Assembly: GCA_963821105.1 (NCBI GenBank) | Contig: CAWGCO010000015.1 | Coordinates: 5,571-69,570, forward strand | Reading direction: 5' to 3' | Source: an uncultured Acidimicrobiaceae bacterium | GTDB taxonomy: Bacteria; Actinomycetota; Acidimicrobiia; Acidimicrobiales; RAAP-2 | DNA length: 64,000 bases | Shown: one piece after another, positions 29,469 to 40,439 of the stretch | How positions within the stretch are numbered: the stretch's first letter is position 1 | Layout: every line of letters begins with the position of its first letter | Notes under the pieces: model-generated | Seen by the model: only the letters and a program-made list of their open reading frames with translations | Database searches by the model: none | What the model was told of the DNA's origin: nothing | Made by a program: the position numbers and the translations under genes

Positions 29469-29873
29469 TCAGCCGGCCAGCAGGATGCCCATCACGAGGG
29501 CGGCGACGCTGGCCAGGCCGCCGACCGAGCCCCACAGGGCGAGCTGGGCCTTGGACGTGGCCCGCTGGTGGAGGAAGACGCCGACGCCGGCGAGGACGAC
29601 CACGGCGATCTTGGCCATCAGCACGGCCTTCCAGGCCGAGTCCTGCGAGGAGTAGTGGACGGCGGTGACGTTCCAGACGCCCGTGGCGAGCAGCACGACG
29701 TACGCCGGCCACGCCAGGCGGGCGAAGGCGCGGGCGAGGACCTTGGGCGCGTCGCCGCCGATGGTGCGGGCGGGGCCGACGAGGCCGGCCATCACGAGCT
29801 GGCCGCCGACCCAGATGGTGGCGGCGAGGACGTGGAGGGTGAGGCGGACGGTATCGAGCGCGGGCGCGAGCAC
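29469..29873 (-). CDS. hypothetical 4-TM membrane protein (CopD-like?)
   Basis: Intact 134-aa ORF with four TM helices. The family assignment is tentative. Confidence 0.45.
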   Translation of the reverse strand: MLAPALDTVRLTLHVLAATIWVGGQLVMAGLVGPARTIGGDAPKVLARAFARLAWPAYVVLLATGVWNVTAVHYSSQDSAWKAVLMAKIAVVVLAGVGVFLHQRATSKAQLALWGSVGGLASVAALVMGILLAG

Positions 29874-29926
29874 GGTGGCGCTGGGTCCTCTGTGTCGTGG
29901 CTTGCGGGCTTATTGGCGAGTTGCTG

Positions 29927-30708
29927 CTACTTGCCCTGCCACTTCGGCGGGCGCTTCTCGGCGAAGGCGATCGGGCCCTCCATGGCGTCGGCCGACGAGA
30001 AGACGACGCCGACCGCCTCGGTGTTGAGCTTCCAGCCCTCGACCTCGGGCACGCTCGGCGGCCCGCTTCATCACCTTCTTGGAGTAGCGCACGGCGAGCG
30101 GCGCGTTGGCGGCGATGCGCTCGGCGAGCGCGATGGCCTCGTCGAGCAGCTCGGCGACGGCGACGACCTGGTTGACGAGCCCGAGCGCGTAGGCGCGCTC
30201 GGCGTCGATGGGGTCGCCCGTCATGCGCCATCTCGAGCGCGATCGCCATCGGGAGGCGCTTGGGCATGCGGATGAGGCCGCCGGCGCCGGCGATCAGGCC
30301 GCGCTTGGCCTCGGGGATGCCGAAGCGTGGCGTGGTCGGCGGCGACGACGAGGTCGCACGAGAGCATGATCTCGAAGCCGCCGGCCAGGGCGGACCCGTT
30401 GACCGCGGCGATGAGCGGCTTGGGGAAGTCGCGCTGGCGTGATGCCGGCGAAGCCGCCGCTCGCCCCGATGATGTCGCCCGCCTCGCCGCTGCTGAAGGC
30501 CTTGAGGTCCATGCCGGCGCTGAACGCCTTGTCCCCGCTGCCGGTGACGACGACGACCCAGCACTCGGGGTCGTCGGCTCAGCTCGTCCATGATCGACGG
30601 ACATGGCGCTGGCTCGACGGCGCCGTTGATCGCGTTGCGCGCCTCGGGCCGGTTGATCGTGAGGATCTCCACGTTGCCGCGGCGCTCCCGCAGTACTTCG
30701 TCTGCCAT
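29927..30708 (-). pseudogene. enoyl-CoA hydratase/isomerase (crotonase), heavily frameshifted
   Basis: ILTINRPEARNAINGAV, FSAGMDLKAF, KPLIAAVNGSALAGGFEIMLSCD, GIPEAKRGL and EGPIAFAEKRPPKWQGK are spread over all three frames. There are at least 5 frame changes in ~780 nt. Confidence 0.8.
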
Positions 30709-30798
30709 CGCCTGGTGCTCCCTTCGGTGGTGCTTCGGTGGTCGAGGGCGGCGAGCCGTCGAGCGCCGCCGAGGATAGATGCGGGGCGGTGCGGCGGC

Positions 30799-31600
30799 CT
30801 AGTTCGTTTGGTGGTGTGTCGGCGGCCGGCGTGTCGCGGCGGGTTGGTCGGGTGGGGTTGCGGTGGCTGTGGCTGCGGCTGCGGTCTCGGCGGCGGAGGC
30901 AGCGTCGGCGGCGGCACCGGCGATGGGGCTGCGCCGCCATGAACTCGGCCGCCTGCGACCTGCGCCCCCCTGGAGTAGATGACGGTGAAGGCGAACGAGG
31001 CCTCCGATGATCGTCGCCGTGATGAACGGCGAGACGGCGATGTACGTGCTCGTGTGCAGCGCCTCGGCCAGCATCATGCGGAGCCGACGCCTCGATCACG
31101 AGCCCGATGCCCCAGATCGACCGAGAGGACGCGGAACGTGTGGCGGGCGATCGGGAGCTCGTGCAGCCGTTGTAGGCGGCCACCTTGGACGGGTCCTGGC
31201 CGGCGGAGAGGTAGCGGCTCACGTAGAAGAGCGCCGGGCGCTTGGCCGTGTAGATGGTGACGATGCAGGCGACGCCGAAGAGCGCGGTGAAGAAGGCGTC
31301 GCGCACCTTGAGCACGTAGGCGTTGCCGCCGAGCAGCGTGGAGCTGACGACGCCGACGGCGAAGCCGAACAGCACGATGGCGCCGACGAAGTCGACCGCC
31401 GCTTGCGCACGAACTCGATGAGGATCCACACCACCGAGCACCGAGCCGGCGATGATGAGGCGCCTGGGCGTCCGTGCTCACGTGGCTGCGCACGGCGAAG
31501 TAGACGGCGATGGGCAGCGCGGCGCCGAACACGATGCTCGGCAGCAGCTCTTTGACCGAGGGGACGCCGGGCGTCCAGTCGGGCGCGACGGGTGCTCGCG
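30799..31600 (-). pseudogene. polytopic membrane protein (VC0807-like?), frameshifted
   Basis: TM-rich segments (KELLPSIVFGAALPIAVYFAV; VDFVGAIVLFGFAVGVV; IWGIGLVIEA; YIAVSPFITATIIGG) lie in three frames. The start is not defined. Confidence 0.45.
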
Positions 31601-31738
31601 CGCGTCGGGCGGGCCGGGCAGGGCCGGGCGGGGCGCCGGTCTGCGTCCGAACCGCCGGCACCAGGCGCCGACGCCGGTTCCATGCGCCCAAGGGTACCGC
31701 CCGGAAATTCGCAGCTTCGGCCGCGTAGAATCTGCGTC

Positions 31739-32345
31739 GTGAGCTTCGTGGCGCACGTGCTCGAAGTCCTGGTGGTCGCCGCCCTCGTCGGTCGCCCTGG
31801 CGCTGGCCGTCGCCTTCGTGGCGGTCCGCCGCTACGTGCGACGCCGCTGGCGCCTGCTGCGCGGGCACCCCGTGACGACCGGGGTCCTCGCCGCCGGCGC
31901 CCTCGCCCCGCCGGCCGCGACCGCTACTGCGTCCCGTGTCACGCCCGAGCAACTCAGCCGCGGCAACCCGGCCCGCGTGCGCCACCGGATGTGGGTGGCC
32001 GTCGACGACGCCGAGACGGCGGTCGCCCACGCGTCGTCGCACGACGCACCGGTGGCCGAGCTGCCCTCGGTGTGCCGGTCGCTGCGCGGCCTGGCCGACG
32101 AGCTCGATGCGTCTGTTGCGCCACGAGCGCCGACTGCCCCTCGGGCACGCCGCGCACCGACGGCGTGCGCGCGCCAGGTGGCCGAGCTGATCGGCGCCTG
32201 CCGCGACGTCCAGGCCGCCGCGCTGCGGGCGGGGAGCGACGCCACCGAGCCGCAGGTCCGCGCGCTGGTGCGCCGCGCCGCCGACGAGATCGACATCGCG
32301 TCGGCCGGGCTGGCCCGGCTGCGCTCGCTGCCGCACTCTGGTTGA
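31739..32345 (+). pseudogene. membrane-anchored hypothetical protein, frameshifted
   Basis: GTG at 31739 begins a TM helix that continues (ALALAVAFVAV) in the frame of ORF 31818..32345. An extra G lies near 31788. Confidence 0.4.
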
Positions 32346-32380
32346 GGAGCACCCCGGCGCCGAACTGACAAGCTGGATAC

Positions 32381-33921
32381 ATGGCCGGCGCCGACGACAA
32401 CAGCCTGCTCGGCGACGGCTTCCTCGTCGGCGTCGCCACCTCGGGCTTCCAGATCGAGGGCGGCTTCAACGGCGACGACGAGCCGCACAACAACTGGTCC
32501 GGCTGGGAGGCCACGGGTCGCATCGAGCGCTCGGGCGTGGCGTGTGACTTCTGGCGCCACCCCGAAGAGGCGCTCGATAGGGCCGCCGCCCTCGGCTGCA
32601 ACGCCTTCCGCCTCTCGGTCGAGTGGGCGCGCCTCGAGCCGCTTCCCCGAGCGCTACGACGACGCCGCGCTCGAGCGCTACGCCGAGATCCTCTCGATGT
32701 GCGCCGCCCGCGGCATGGCGCCGATGGTCACGCTGCACCACTTCACCCACCCCGTGTGGCAGGGCGAGGAGTTCTGGCTGCGCCCCGGCTCGCCCGACGT
32801 CTTCGCCCGCCACGTCGCCCGCATCGTCCCGGCGCTGGCGCCGTACTGCCGCCACTGGGTGACGATCAACGAGCCGAACATCGTGATGCTCATGGGCTGG
32901 ATCGAGGGCGACTGCCCGCCCGGCCGCCGCATGGCCGTGTCCGACGCCTACTGCGTGCTCGACAACCTGCTCTGTGGGCACGTCCTCGCCGCCGACGCCA
33001 TCGCCGCCATCCAACCCGGGGCCGAGGTCACGATCAACACGAGCTCGTCGTCGATCTACGAGCACGACCGCATGCTGATCGACCTGCTGGGCCTGCGCGA
33101 GGCCGGCATCGACCCCTCCGACGTCGACCGCTACATCGACGAGCGCCGTGCGGTGCACGACGCCGCCTTTCCGCCGCAGCACGCCGGGGAGGCGGCGTTG
33201 CGCCGGTTCTTCGCCGCGGTCTCGCCGTACGGGACCGATCGTGCGCCGGGCCAGGGCGCCCGGTGGGCTGCGCTCCGTGGCCGCAGTCGCCGCCAGGCGC
33301 CGCGCCGCGTCGTCGACGTCGTGGCGTCCTCACCGCGGGCGCGCATCGTCGACGCCGCCGGCTTCGACTGGTACGACCCCATCGCCAGCCACGCCCTGCG
33401 GGTGCCGGGGCGCCGGGTCGCCGACGGGCCGGGGGCGGCGTGGGGTCGGGGCCAGGGTCGCGGCCACGGGCGCGACTGGTCCTTCGGCCGCGCCATCTGG
33501 GACGTGGAGTCCGACCCCGCCGCGCTGGCGTCGTGGTGCGCCACCGAGGCGGCGCTGCGCCCCGGGCTCCCGCTGTGGGTCGTCGAGAACGGGATGGCGA
33601 CGCGCGTCGTCGACGGGCGCGCCGTCCCGGCGCGCCGACGGCATGGACCGGCCGGACTACGTGCGCGCGCATCTCGGCGCGATGGCCGACTGCGTGGCGG
33701 CCGGCGTCCCCGTGCGGGCGTACCTGCACTGGTCGCTCATGGACAACTACGAGTGGGGCACGTACGAGCCGCGCTTCGGCCTCTACGGGATCGACCGGCG
33801 CGACCCGCGCTCGGTGCGCTGGCTCGACACGGACTCCACCGGCGCCGACGCGGCCGGGGCGTTTTCGCGTGTCGTGGCCGGGCTGCGGCGCGGCGACCGC
33901 TCGGTGCTCGAGCCTTCCTGA
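32381..33921 (+). pseudogene. glycoside hydrolase family 1 (beta-glucosidase-like), frameshifted twice
   Basis: GVATSGFQIEGG, FRLSVEWARLEP, TINEPN, VVENG and WSLMDNYEWG motifs. The frame changes near 32645 and 33630. Confidence 0.85.
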
Positions 33922-33925
33922 GGCT

Positions 33926-33953
33926 CGTCAGTCGTCAGTCGTCAGTCGTCAGT
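33926..33953. repeat. heptanucleotide tandem repeat (CGTCAGT)x4
   Basis: Four perfect 7-nt units plus a degenerate fifth. They lie between the GH1 stop (33921) and the corrected DedA stop (33949-33951). Confidence 0.9.
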
Positions 33954-34624
33954 CGTCGTCGGTGGCGGTGCTGGCCTCCGACGCGGCCGCGGCGACAGGG
34001 TTCGCGGACGGGCCCTCGAATTCACGCTTCTCCTTGCGGCGGTGCCGGATGAAGAGGACCACGATCAGGACGACGATCAGGCCGAGCCAGGATGTCCGAG
34101 GCGATGCCCGTGGCCTTCTCCACCCGCTCGCCGACGAAGTAGCCGAGCAGCACGTAGAGCAGGCCCCAGCAGATCGCGCCGAGGACGTTGGCGCCCAGGA
34201 AGACCCGGTAGCGCATCTTCGACACGCCGGCGAGGCCCGGGATGACCGCGCGCAGGAAGGCGGTGAAGCGCCCGACGAACACGGCCACCGGGCCGCGCCG
34301 GGCCAGCTGGTCGAGCGCGATGTCGATGCCCTTCTGGCGTTTCTTCAGCGGCCCGAACTGGAGGAGCTGACGGCCCCACTTGTCGCCGACCCAGTAGCCG
34401 ATCGAGTCGCCGACGATGGCGCACAGGATGACCGAGGCGGTGATGCCGGCCACGCTCACGCCGCCCTTGGACGCGAGCACGCCGCCGAGGATGGCGGCCG
34501 TCTCGCCGGGGAAGACGAAGCCGATCATGATCGACGCCTCGGCGGCGATGAGCACACCGACCAGCAGGTAGGCCTCCCACCCGTGCAGGGAGAGCAGCGG
34601 CTGGAGGAGCTTGTCGATCACGGC
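33949..34624 (-). pseudogene. DedA family membrane protein, C-terminal frameshift
   Basis: DedA core FPGETAAILGGVLA...GRFTAFLRAVIPGLAG. After about 34095 the native-looking last TM (WLGLIVVLIVVLFIRHRRKEK...DDD) is in another frame and ends at 33949. GTG start near 34624. Confidence 0.75.
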
Positions 34625-34699
34625 CGATGCGCCCGCCGCCCACGCGTGCGGCGGGAGCCGGCGGCCACCGGGCGGTGGCCGCCTCACGCCGGAGTGGTC

Positions 34700-35824
34700 G
34701 TCAGTTGACGGCGCGCAGCGTGGTTTCGCGCGGGGTGAGCTGGCGCCACCGCTCTTCGACCCGCGCCGTGAACTCGTGGCCCCGCATGAGGTGCGTGAGG
34801 ATGTCGGCCTGGCCTTGGGGGCGGGCGAGCATCCAGCTGTGGCCGCCCGGCACCCAGATCACGGGCGAGCGAGCGATGGACGGCGAACTCCAGCGCCGTG
34901 TGCCCCGGGGTGATGCGGTCGAAACAACCCCATTCGTTGAGGATAGGGAGCTCCTGTGCCGCCAGGTGCCGGACCTCGCTGCGCTGGTCGACGCACATGA
35001 GCATGCTGCCGACCGGGATCGTCTGGGACATGGTGCGGATGTTCTGGCGCACGTCGGGCAGGACGGCCCGCACGGTCGAGTACAGGCGGCCGAGGGCGAG
35101 GTCGGGCAGGTCGATGATGACCGCCGCCATCATGTCCACCATCGGGCGCCATGTCGGGCAGGATCGGCGAGAGCAGCGCGGGCAGGATGCCGGTGCGCTC
35201 CTTCCACGCCGGCGTGCTGATGCCGTCGCGGTAGATGATGCCGAGCGTCCGCCGCGGGTGGTCGTGCGCGAACTGCACGGCCACGGCGCCAGCCCATGGA
35301 GTGGCCGAGCAGCACGACGGGGCCGGCGTCGACCTTGTGCACGATCGCCATGACCTGGTTGGCCAGGTTCTCCATGGAGACGTCCTGCCATTCGAGCGGG
35401 TCGCTGCCGCCGAAGCCCGGCAGGCTCGGGTTGATGATGCGCCAGCCGAACTGCTCGGCCAGGCGCGCGCTCTCCCGCCAGTACATGCCGCCGCCGGCGA
35501 AGTAGCCGTGGATGTTGACCGCCCACACCGGCGGCGTGCCGGGGCCGTCGGGGCCGTAGGCGTCGACGTTGTCCGAGACGGCGAAGCGGAGGCGGCGGCC
35601 CTCGACCATCATCGAGCTCGGGACCATGCGGATGGTGGGGGTCTTGCGGATCTTGCGGACGTACTGGTCCCGCGACGACGCCGAGGCCGTGGGCGGCGTG
35701 CCCGGCGTCGACTAGTTCCACGGGGGACGGACCGTCGGAGGGCGCCACGATGGCGCCGGAGATCTGCAGCGAGTCGTCCGACTGCGCCTGCGGTGTCCTC
35801 TGTCTGAAAAACGGGAATCGCCAT
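34700..35824 (-). pseudogene. alpha/beta hydrolase, multiply frameshifted
   Basis: The HGYFAGG...LLGHSMG nucleophile elbow is in ORF 35130..35627. Later parts lie in two other frames. The native-looking C-terminus ends at 34700. The N-terminal limit is uncertain. Confidence 0.65.
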
Positions 35825-35996
35825 GGTACGTACACTCCGATCCTGCGCTCGCTCGGGCGCGCCGTTCCTCCGCTGCGTGCGGAACGACGGTCGCCCTGAC
35901 AAACCCACGGTATCGCGATGTCGGCGGCCGACCGGCCGCTGCTGGGCCACTGGTCGGCGTGCGCGTGCACGGCGCCGGTGCTGCGACGATGGGTGC

Positions 35997-37668
35997 ATGA
36001 GCGCCGACATCGTCATTCGGGGAGGCACGGTCATCGACGGGACCGGTGCACCGGGCACGGCCCGCCGACGTCGCCGTCACGGCGGGCCGGATCAGCGGGA
36101 TCGGTAGAGCGGAGCTCGCGGGCACCCGGGAGCTCGACGCGTCGGGCCAGGTCGTGTGCCCCGGCTTCGTCGACATCCACACCCACTACGACGCCCAGGT
36201 GTTCTGGGACCCCGACCTGACGCCGTCGTCCTTCCACGGCGTGACGACGGTGATCGCCGGGAACTGCGGGTTCTCCATCGCGCCGATCCGTCCCGACGGG
36301 GTGCCGTTGTTGGCCCGCACGCTCCAGCACGTCGAGGACATGAGCTTCGACACGCTGGCGGCGGGAGTGCCGTGGGGCACGTTCGAGACGTTCCCGCAGT
36401 ATTTGGACGCCGTCTCTGCGGGCGGCGTGTCGTTGAATTTCGGCTGCTACGTCGGGCACACGGCGGTCCGGTTGTACGTCATGGGCGAGGACGCGTACGA
36501 GCGTGCGGCGACCGACGACGAGATCGCATTGATGCAGGCCGTCGTGGCGGACGCCATGGCGGGGGGCGCAGCCGGGTTCGCGTCGTCGGCGTCGCCGACG
36601 CACAACGGCGACAGCGGCCGGCCGGTGCCCTCCCGGGTCGCCGACCTGGCCGAGCTGCGTGCGTTGTTGGAGCCGGTGAAGCAGGCGGGGCGTGGGGTCG
36701 TCGCCCTGTTGCCGGGTGGGGTCTTCCCGAACTCCGAGGTGTTCCAGCTCCAGCGTGAGATCGGCCGGCCCTTCACCTGGACGGCGTTGCTGACGGTGAA
36801 GGGCTACCCGTATCACGAGAAGGTGATCGCCGAGCACGACGCCGCATGGTCCGAGGGCGTCGAGGTGTGGCCGCAGGTCTCGTGCCGCCCGCTGGTGTTC
36901 CAGATGAACCTCTCGGAGCCGTTCACGCTGAACATGCGGCAGTCCTTCGCCGCGCTGATGGACAAGCCCAAGGCCGAGCGTCTGGCGGCGTACCGCGACC
37001 CGGCGTGGCGCGCGACGGCGTGGGAGGACGTGAGTGGTCGAGCCGGAGGCCTGCCCTTGAACTGGGCGCAGATCTCGGTGGCGGAGTCACGCTCGCACCC
37101 CGAGCTGGCGGACCGCCCGGTGATGGCGGTGGCCGAGGAGCGCGGGTGCACGCCCTTGGACGTCATGCTGGACGTGTCGTTGGACGACGACCTCGAGTCG
37201 CGGTTCTGGTCGGTGCTGGCCAACGACGACCCCGACGCCATCGCCTGGCTGTTGCCGCGCGACAACGTCTTGTTGGGGCTGGCCGACTCGGGCGCGCACG
37301 TGTCCCAGCTCTGCGACGCGTGCTTCTCGACGGACCTGCTCGGGAACTGGGTGCGCGACCGTGGCGTGATGCCGCTGGAGCGCGCGATCCACAAGCTGAC
37401 GGGCGAGCCGGCCGGCGTCTACGGCTTGTCCGACCGTGGCGTGGTGGCCGAGGGCAAGGCGGCCGACCTGTGCGTCTTCGATCCTTCGACGGTGGCGCCG
37501 GGGCCGCTGCGGCGGATCCGCGACTTCCCCGCCGATGGCGAGCGCCTCACCGCCGACGCGCCGGTCGGCATGACCCACACACTGGTGAACGGCGTGCCCA
37601 TCCGGGTGGACGGGGCGCCGGCGGAAGAGGGCCTGTCGTCCCGGCCGGGGGTCGTGCTGCGCGGGTAG
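35997..37668 (+). pseudogene. N-acyl-D-amino-acid deacylase family amidohydrolase (D-aminoacylase-like), N-terminal frameshift
   Basis: MSADIVIRGGTVIDGTGAPG (ATG at 35997) is one frame off from the 540-aa ORF 36046..37668 (GFVDIHTHYD...). The frame changes near 36055. Confidence 0.8.
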
Positions 37669-37866
37669 CTCGGCGAGCCGGCGGCCCTCGATCTGAGCCA
37701 AAAAACGTAGCGCTGAAAATTTCGCGTCCGTATATGTCGCCGTTCGGGCGGTCAGGCTCGTGCGTATAGGGGGTGCGCCTAATGTTTTTGCAAGAGAGGC
37801 CTTGCGTGAAGGCGGGACGCCCCCGAGGTGAGGCCCGGTTGGCCCGACGGGGCCCAGCCGAAGGGC

Positions 37867-38481
37867 CTAGGCGGAGGTGCGGTGCTCGACGAGGTCGTCG
37901 GGAAGGAGGAGCCGGACCGACACGGCCAGCTCGTCGTAGACCCGGGCCATGGTGGACCAGCCGTTGATCCAGCCGACGAGGGCCGAGTACCAGACGTGGC
38001 CGATCATGCGGGCACGCTCGGACATGTCGGGGACCGAACCCTCCGGCTCGCCCATCGCCCGGGCGATGATGCCTTCCATCAGCAGCGTGATCTGCTGCTG
38101 GCAGCCGACAGCGGCGTCGTCGGGCGAGGACAACGAGGTGAAGACGGCGGCGACGAGCTTGGGTTGGCGGCCCATGGCCCGCAGCGCGCGGTCGAGCACG
38201 TCGAGGACGCGGTCGGCGGGGTGGTCGCCGTGGGGCGGGTGTTGGCCGAGTCGGCTGTCGAGCATCTCGACCCAGTGCACCAACGTCGCGGCGAGCAGGT
38301 GGTCCTTGCTCGTGAAGTAGCGGTACACGGTGCCCATCGCGACGTCGGCGCGGGCCGCCACGTCGCGCATCTGCACCGCTTCGTAGCCGCCTTCGAGGCC
38401 CAAGGCCATCGCCGCGTCGATGACGCGCTGGCGCCGGGCCTGCTGCGCGCGAGTGAGCGGGCGGGCCAACGTCTGCTCCAT
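37867..38481 (-). CDS. TetR family regulator, KstR-like
   Basis: GGYEAVQMRDVAARADVAMGTVYRYFTSKDHLL, and the collinear remainder (RAMGRQP, ARAM, HVWYSALVGW, VRLLL), match my recollection of M. tuberculosis KstR (Rv3574). This needs alignment. Confidence 0.75.
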   Translation of the reverse strand: MEQTLARPLTRAQQARRQRVIDAAMALGLEGGYEAVQMRDVAARADVAMGTVYRYFTSKDHLLAATLVHWVEMLDSRLGQHPPHGDHPADRVLDVLDRALRAMGRQPKLVAAVFTSLSSPDDAAVGCQQQITLLMEGIIARAMGEPEGSVPDMSERARMIGHVWYSALVGWINGWSTMARVYDELAVSVRLLLPDDLVEHRTSA

Positions 38482-38543
38482 TCCGACAGCGTATCCGCGC
38501 TCTCAACTGGGCCTTCGGGACCGGCCCACTACGCTGGCCTGCC

Positions 38544-39353
38544 ATGCCAGCAGAGCAACCGGCAACCGACGCCACGATCGTCGGGCTGGGTGAGTACGCC
38601 GAGCAGGTCGCCACGACGGACGGCCGGGTGCCCGGCGAACGGGGCCGCCAGACCCGCCAACGTCTGCTCGACGCCACGGTCGAACTGCTGACGACGACGT
38701 CGTGGCGCTCGGTGAAGGTGACCGATATCGCGCGGCAGGCCCGGACGTCGCCGGCGACCTTCTACCAGTACTTCGGCAACGTGGAGCAGGCGATCCGTGT
38801 ACTCGCCGAGGGCATGGTCGACGAAGCCGCGCAGCTGGCGGAACTCGTCGGTGGGGACTGGTCCGAAGCCGCGAGTTGGGACACCGCACGGACGGTGACC
38901 GACAGCTTCCTCTCCTATTGGGAGGACAACCGCGCCGTGTTCCGGGTGGTGGATCTCGCGACGGAGGAGGGCGACGCTGAGCTCCGCGGCATACGTGTGC
39001 GCGCGTTGAACGCGGTGACGGTCGCACTGGCGCAGGTGATCGTGGCGGCATCGCCGTCCTCGGAGGGGACGCCCGGCACGTCGACGCGCTCGCCGGCAGG
39101 CAACGACCCGATGGCCGTGGCGGGGACGTTGGTCGCCATGTTCGCCAGCGTCTCGGCCCACCGCTACGGGTTCGAGTTCTGGGGCATCCGCACGGCGCAC
39201 CTGGTGGACACGCAGGCCCGGGTGCTGCATTGGGCGGTGACCGGGCGGGAGGCACCGGAGGCGTCGGCGGTCGAATCTCGGGAGGCGACCCGCCCACGGA
39301 CGGGGCCGGTGCTCGGCGGCGCCACGGCGCGGCGGCGCAGCGCCACGACGTAG
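38544..39353 (+). CDS. TetR family transcriptional regulator
   Basis: HTH VTDIARQARTSPATFYQYFGNVEQA. Divergent from the KstR-like gene across a 62-bp spacer. Confidence 0.8.
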   Translation: MPAEQPATDATIVGLGEYAEQVATTDGRVPGERGRQTRQRLLDATVELLTTTSWRSVKVTDIARQARTSPATFYQYFGNVEQAIRVLAEGMVDEAAQLAELVGGDWSEAASWDTARTVTDSFLSYWEDNRAVFRVVDLATEEGDAELRGIRVRALNAVTVALAQVIVAASPSSEGTPGTSTRSPAGNDPMAVAGTLVAMFASVSAHRYGFEFWGIRTAHLVDTQARVLHWAVTGREAPEASAVESREATRPRTGPVLGGATARRRSATT

Positions 39354-39380
39354 GTCGGCGCTCCGTTCTTCCGTTTTTGG

Positions 39381-40319
39381 TTAGCGGAGCGCCACCGGTT
39401 GGAGCGGCGAGCCCAGGCCCGCCGTGATGGGCAGCGGGGTCGCGTCGAGCAGGAACGTGTAGCGACCGTCGGCGGCGCAGGCGGCGGCCAAGGGGTCGAG
39501 CACCCAGTTCTGACCCTGGGTGAGGCCCATCTCGACCAGGTGCAAGACGTGCACGGGGAGGTAGGCGTCCTCGTACTGGCACGGGTAGACCTCGAAGACG
39601 AACGTGTCGGTGGCGACCGCCGCGACGTCGTGGGCGTGGAACCAGGGGGCGGTGTCGATCGTGAGGCCCGGCGAGGGCCACGTGTAGGCGACGAGGTCGC
39701 GGTGCTCCGGCTGCAGGTGCACCATCTGCCCGGTGCGGACGAGCACGATGTCGCCGGGCTCGGGCTCGACGTTGGCCAGCGCGCAGGCCGCATCGAGGTC
39801 CTTCGGCATGATCGGGTGGCCGGGCTCGAGCACCTCACGGCCGAGGGCGCGGGCCACGTCGAGTAGGATGCCCCGGCTGACCACGGTGCCGGCGCGATGG
39901 ATGCCGCAGCGGGCCGCCCCGTCGTCCGTGATGCCCGAGGCGGGGTAGCCGTTGTAGATCGTCCCGGCGTGGCTGCAGTGGGCCAGCGCGTCCCAGTGCG
40001 TGGCGGCCTGGGTGGCCATGGTGAACACGTCCTCGCTGAAGGCGACGAACCCGGGAGCGGCGCCCTCGGGGGGCTCGTTGACGTGGATCATCGCCTTGGT
40101 CATGTTCACCCGGCCCTTGACGAAGCCGAGCTGGATCCCCTCGGCGTCCGACAGGGGCAGGCCGAGGGCCAGGGCCTGGCCGGAGACCACGGACGCGGCA
40201 CCCCGGAGGCGGGCCGCCTCGTCGATCAGGTTCAGGGTGCCGAGCTCGTCCTCGGGGCCCCACCGGCCCCAGTTGCGCACCTGGGCAGCGACCTCGGCAA
40301 AAGCTGCGGAGTCGGGCAC
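39381..40319 (-). CDS. cyclase family protein (kynurenine-formamidase-like fold)
   Basis: Intact 312-aa ORF. NWGRWGPEDELGTLN and ATHWDALAH are typical of the putative cyclase family. Confidence 0.8.
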   Translation of the reverse strand: MPDSAAFAEVAAQVRNWGRWGPEDELGTLNLIDEAARLRGAASVVSGQALALGLPLSDAEGIQLGFVKGRVNMTKAMIHVNEPPEGAAPGFVAFSEDVFTMATQAATHWDALAHCSHAGTIYNGYPASGITDDGAARCGIHRAGTVVSRGILLDVARALGREVLEPGHPIMPKDLDAACALANVEPEPGDIVLVRTGQMVHLQPEHRDLVAYTWPSPGLTIDTAPWFHAHDVAAVATDTFVFEVYPCQYEDAYLPVHVLHLVEMGLTQGQNWVLDPLAAACAADGRYTFLLDATPLPITAGLGSPLQPVALR

Positions 40320-40404
40320 GCGGGCACACTACCGCCGCGTTTGTGCGCCACTTCGGTGCGCCGGCGCCCGGATCCGGTTGTCCGAGCCGGGGCAGGCGGC
40401 GATA

Positions 40405-40427
40405 CTGAGGCGACGAAGCAGCCTCAG
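40405..40427 (+). promoter_or_regulatory. 5'-leader hairpin abutting the ADH ribosome-binding site
   Basis: CTGAGGC-gacgaagca-GCCTCAG (7-bp perfect stem), immediately followed by GGAGGG and the ATG at 40440. Confidence 0.3.
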
Positions 40428-40439
40428 GGAGGGATTGCC

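Noticed and set aside
29927-30708. Programmed ribosomal frameshifting as the explanation for the frame changes
   Set aside because: There are too many switches per gene, in both directions. No slippery heptamers or downstream structures were noted at the sites. Decay or sequence error is far more parsimonious.
33926-33953. CRISPR array (also considered for the repeats at 22976 and 55360)
   Set aside because: The units are 3-10 nt and directly tandem with no spacers. No 25-40 nt repeat-spacer periodicity was seen anywhere in the window.
38482-38543. A KstR operator (TnnAACnnGTTnnA) in the divergent TetR spacer
   Set aside because: I searched by eye and found no AAC-N2-GTT core here or in the other catabolic promoters inspected.
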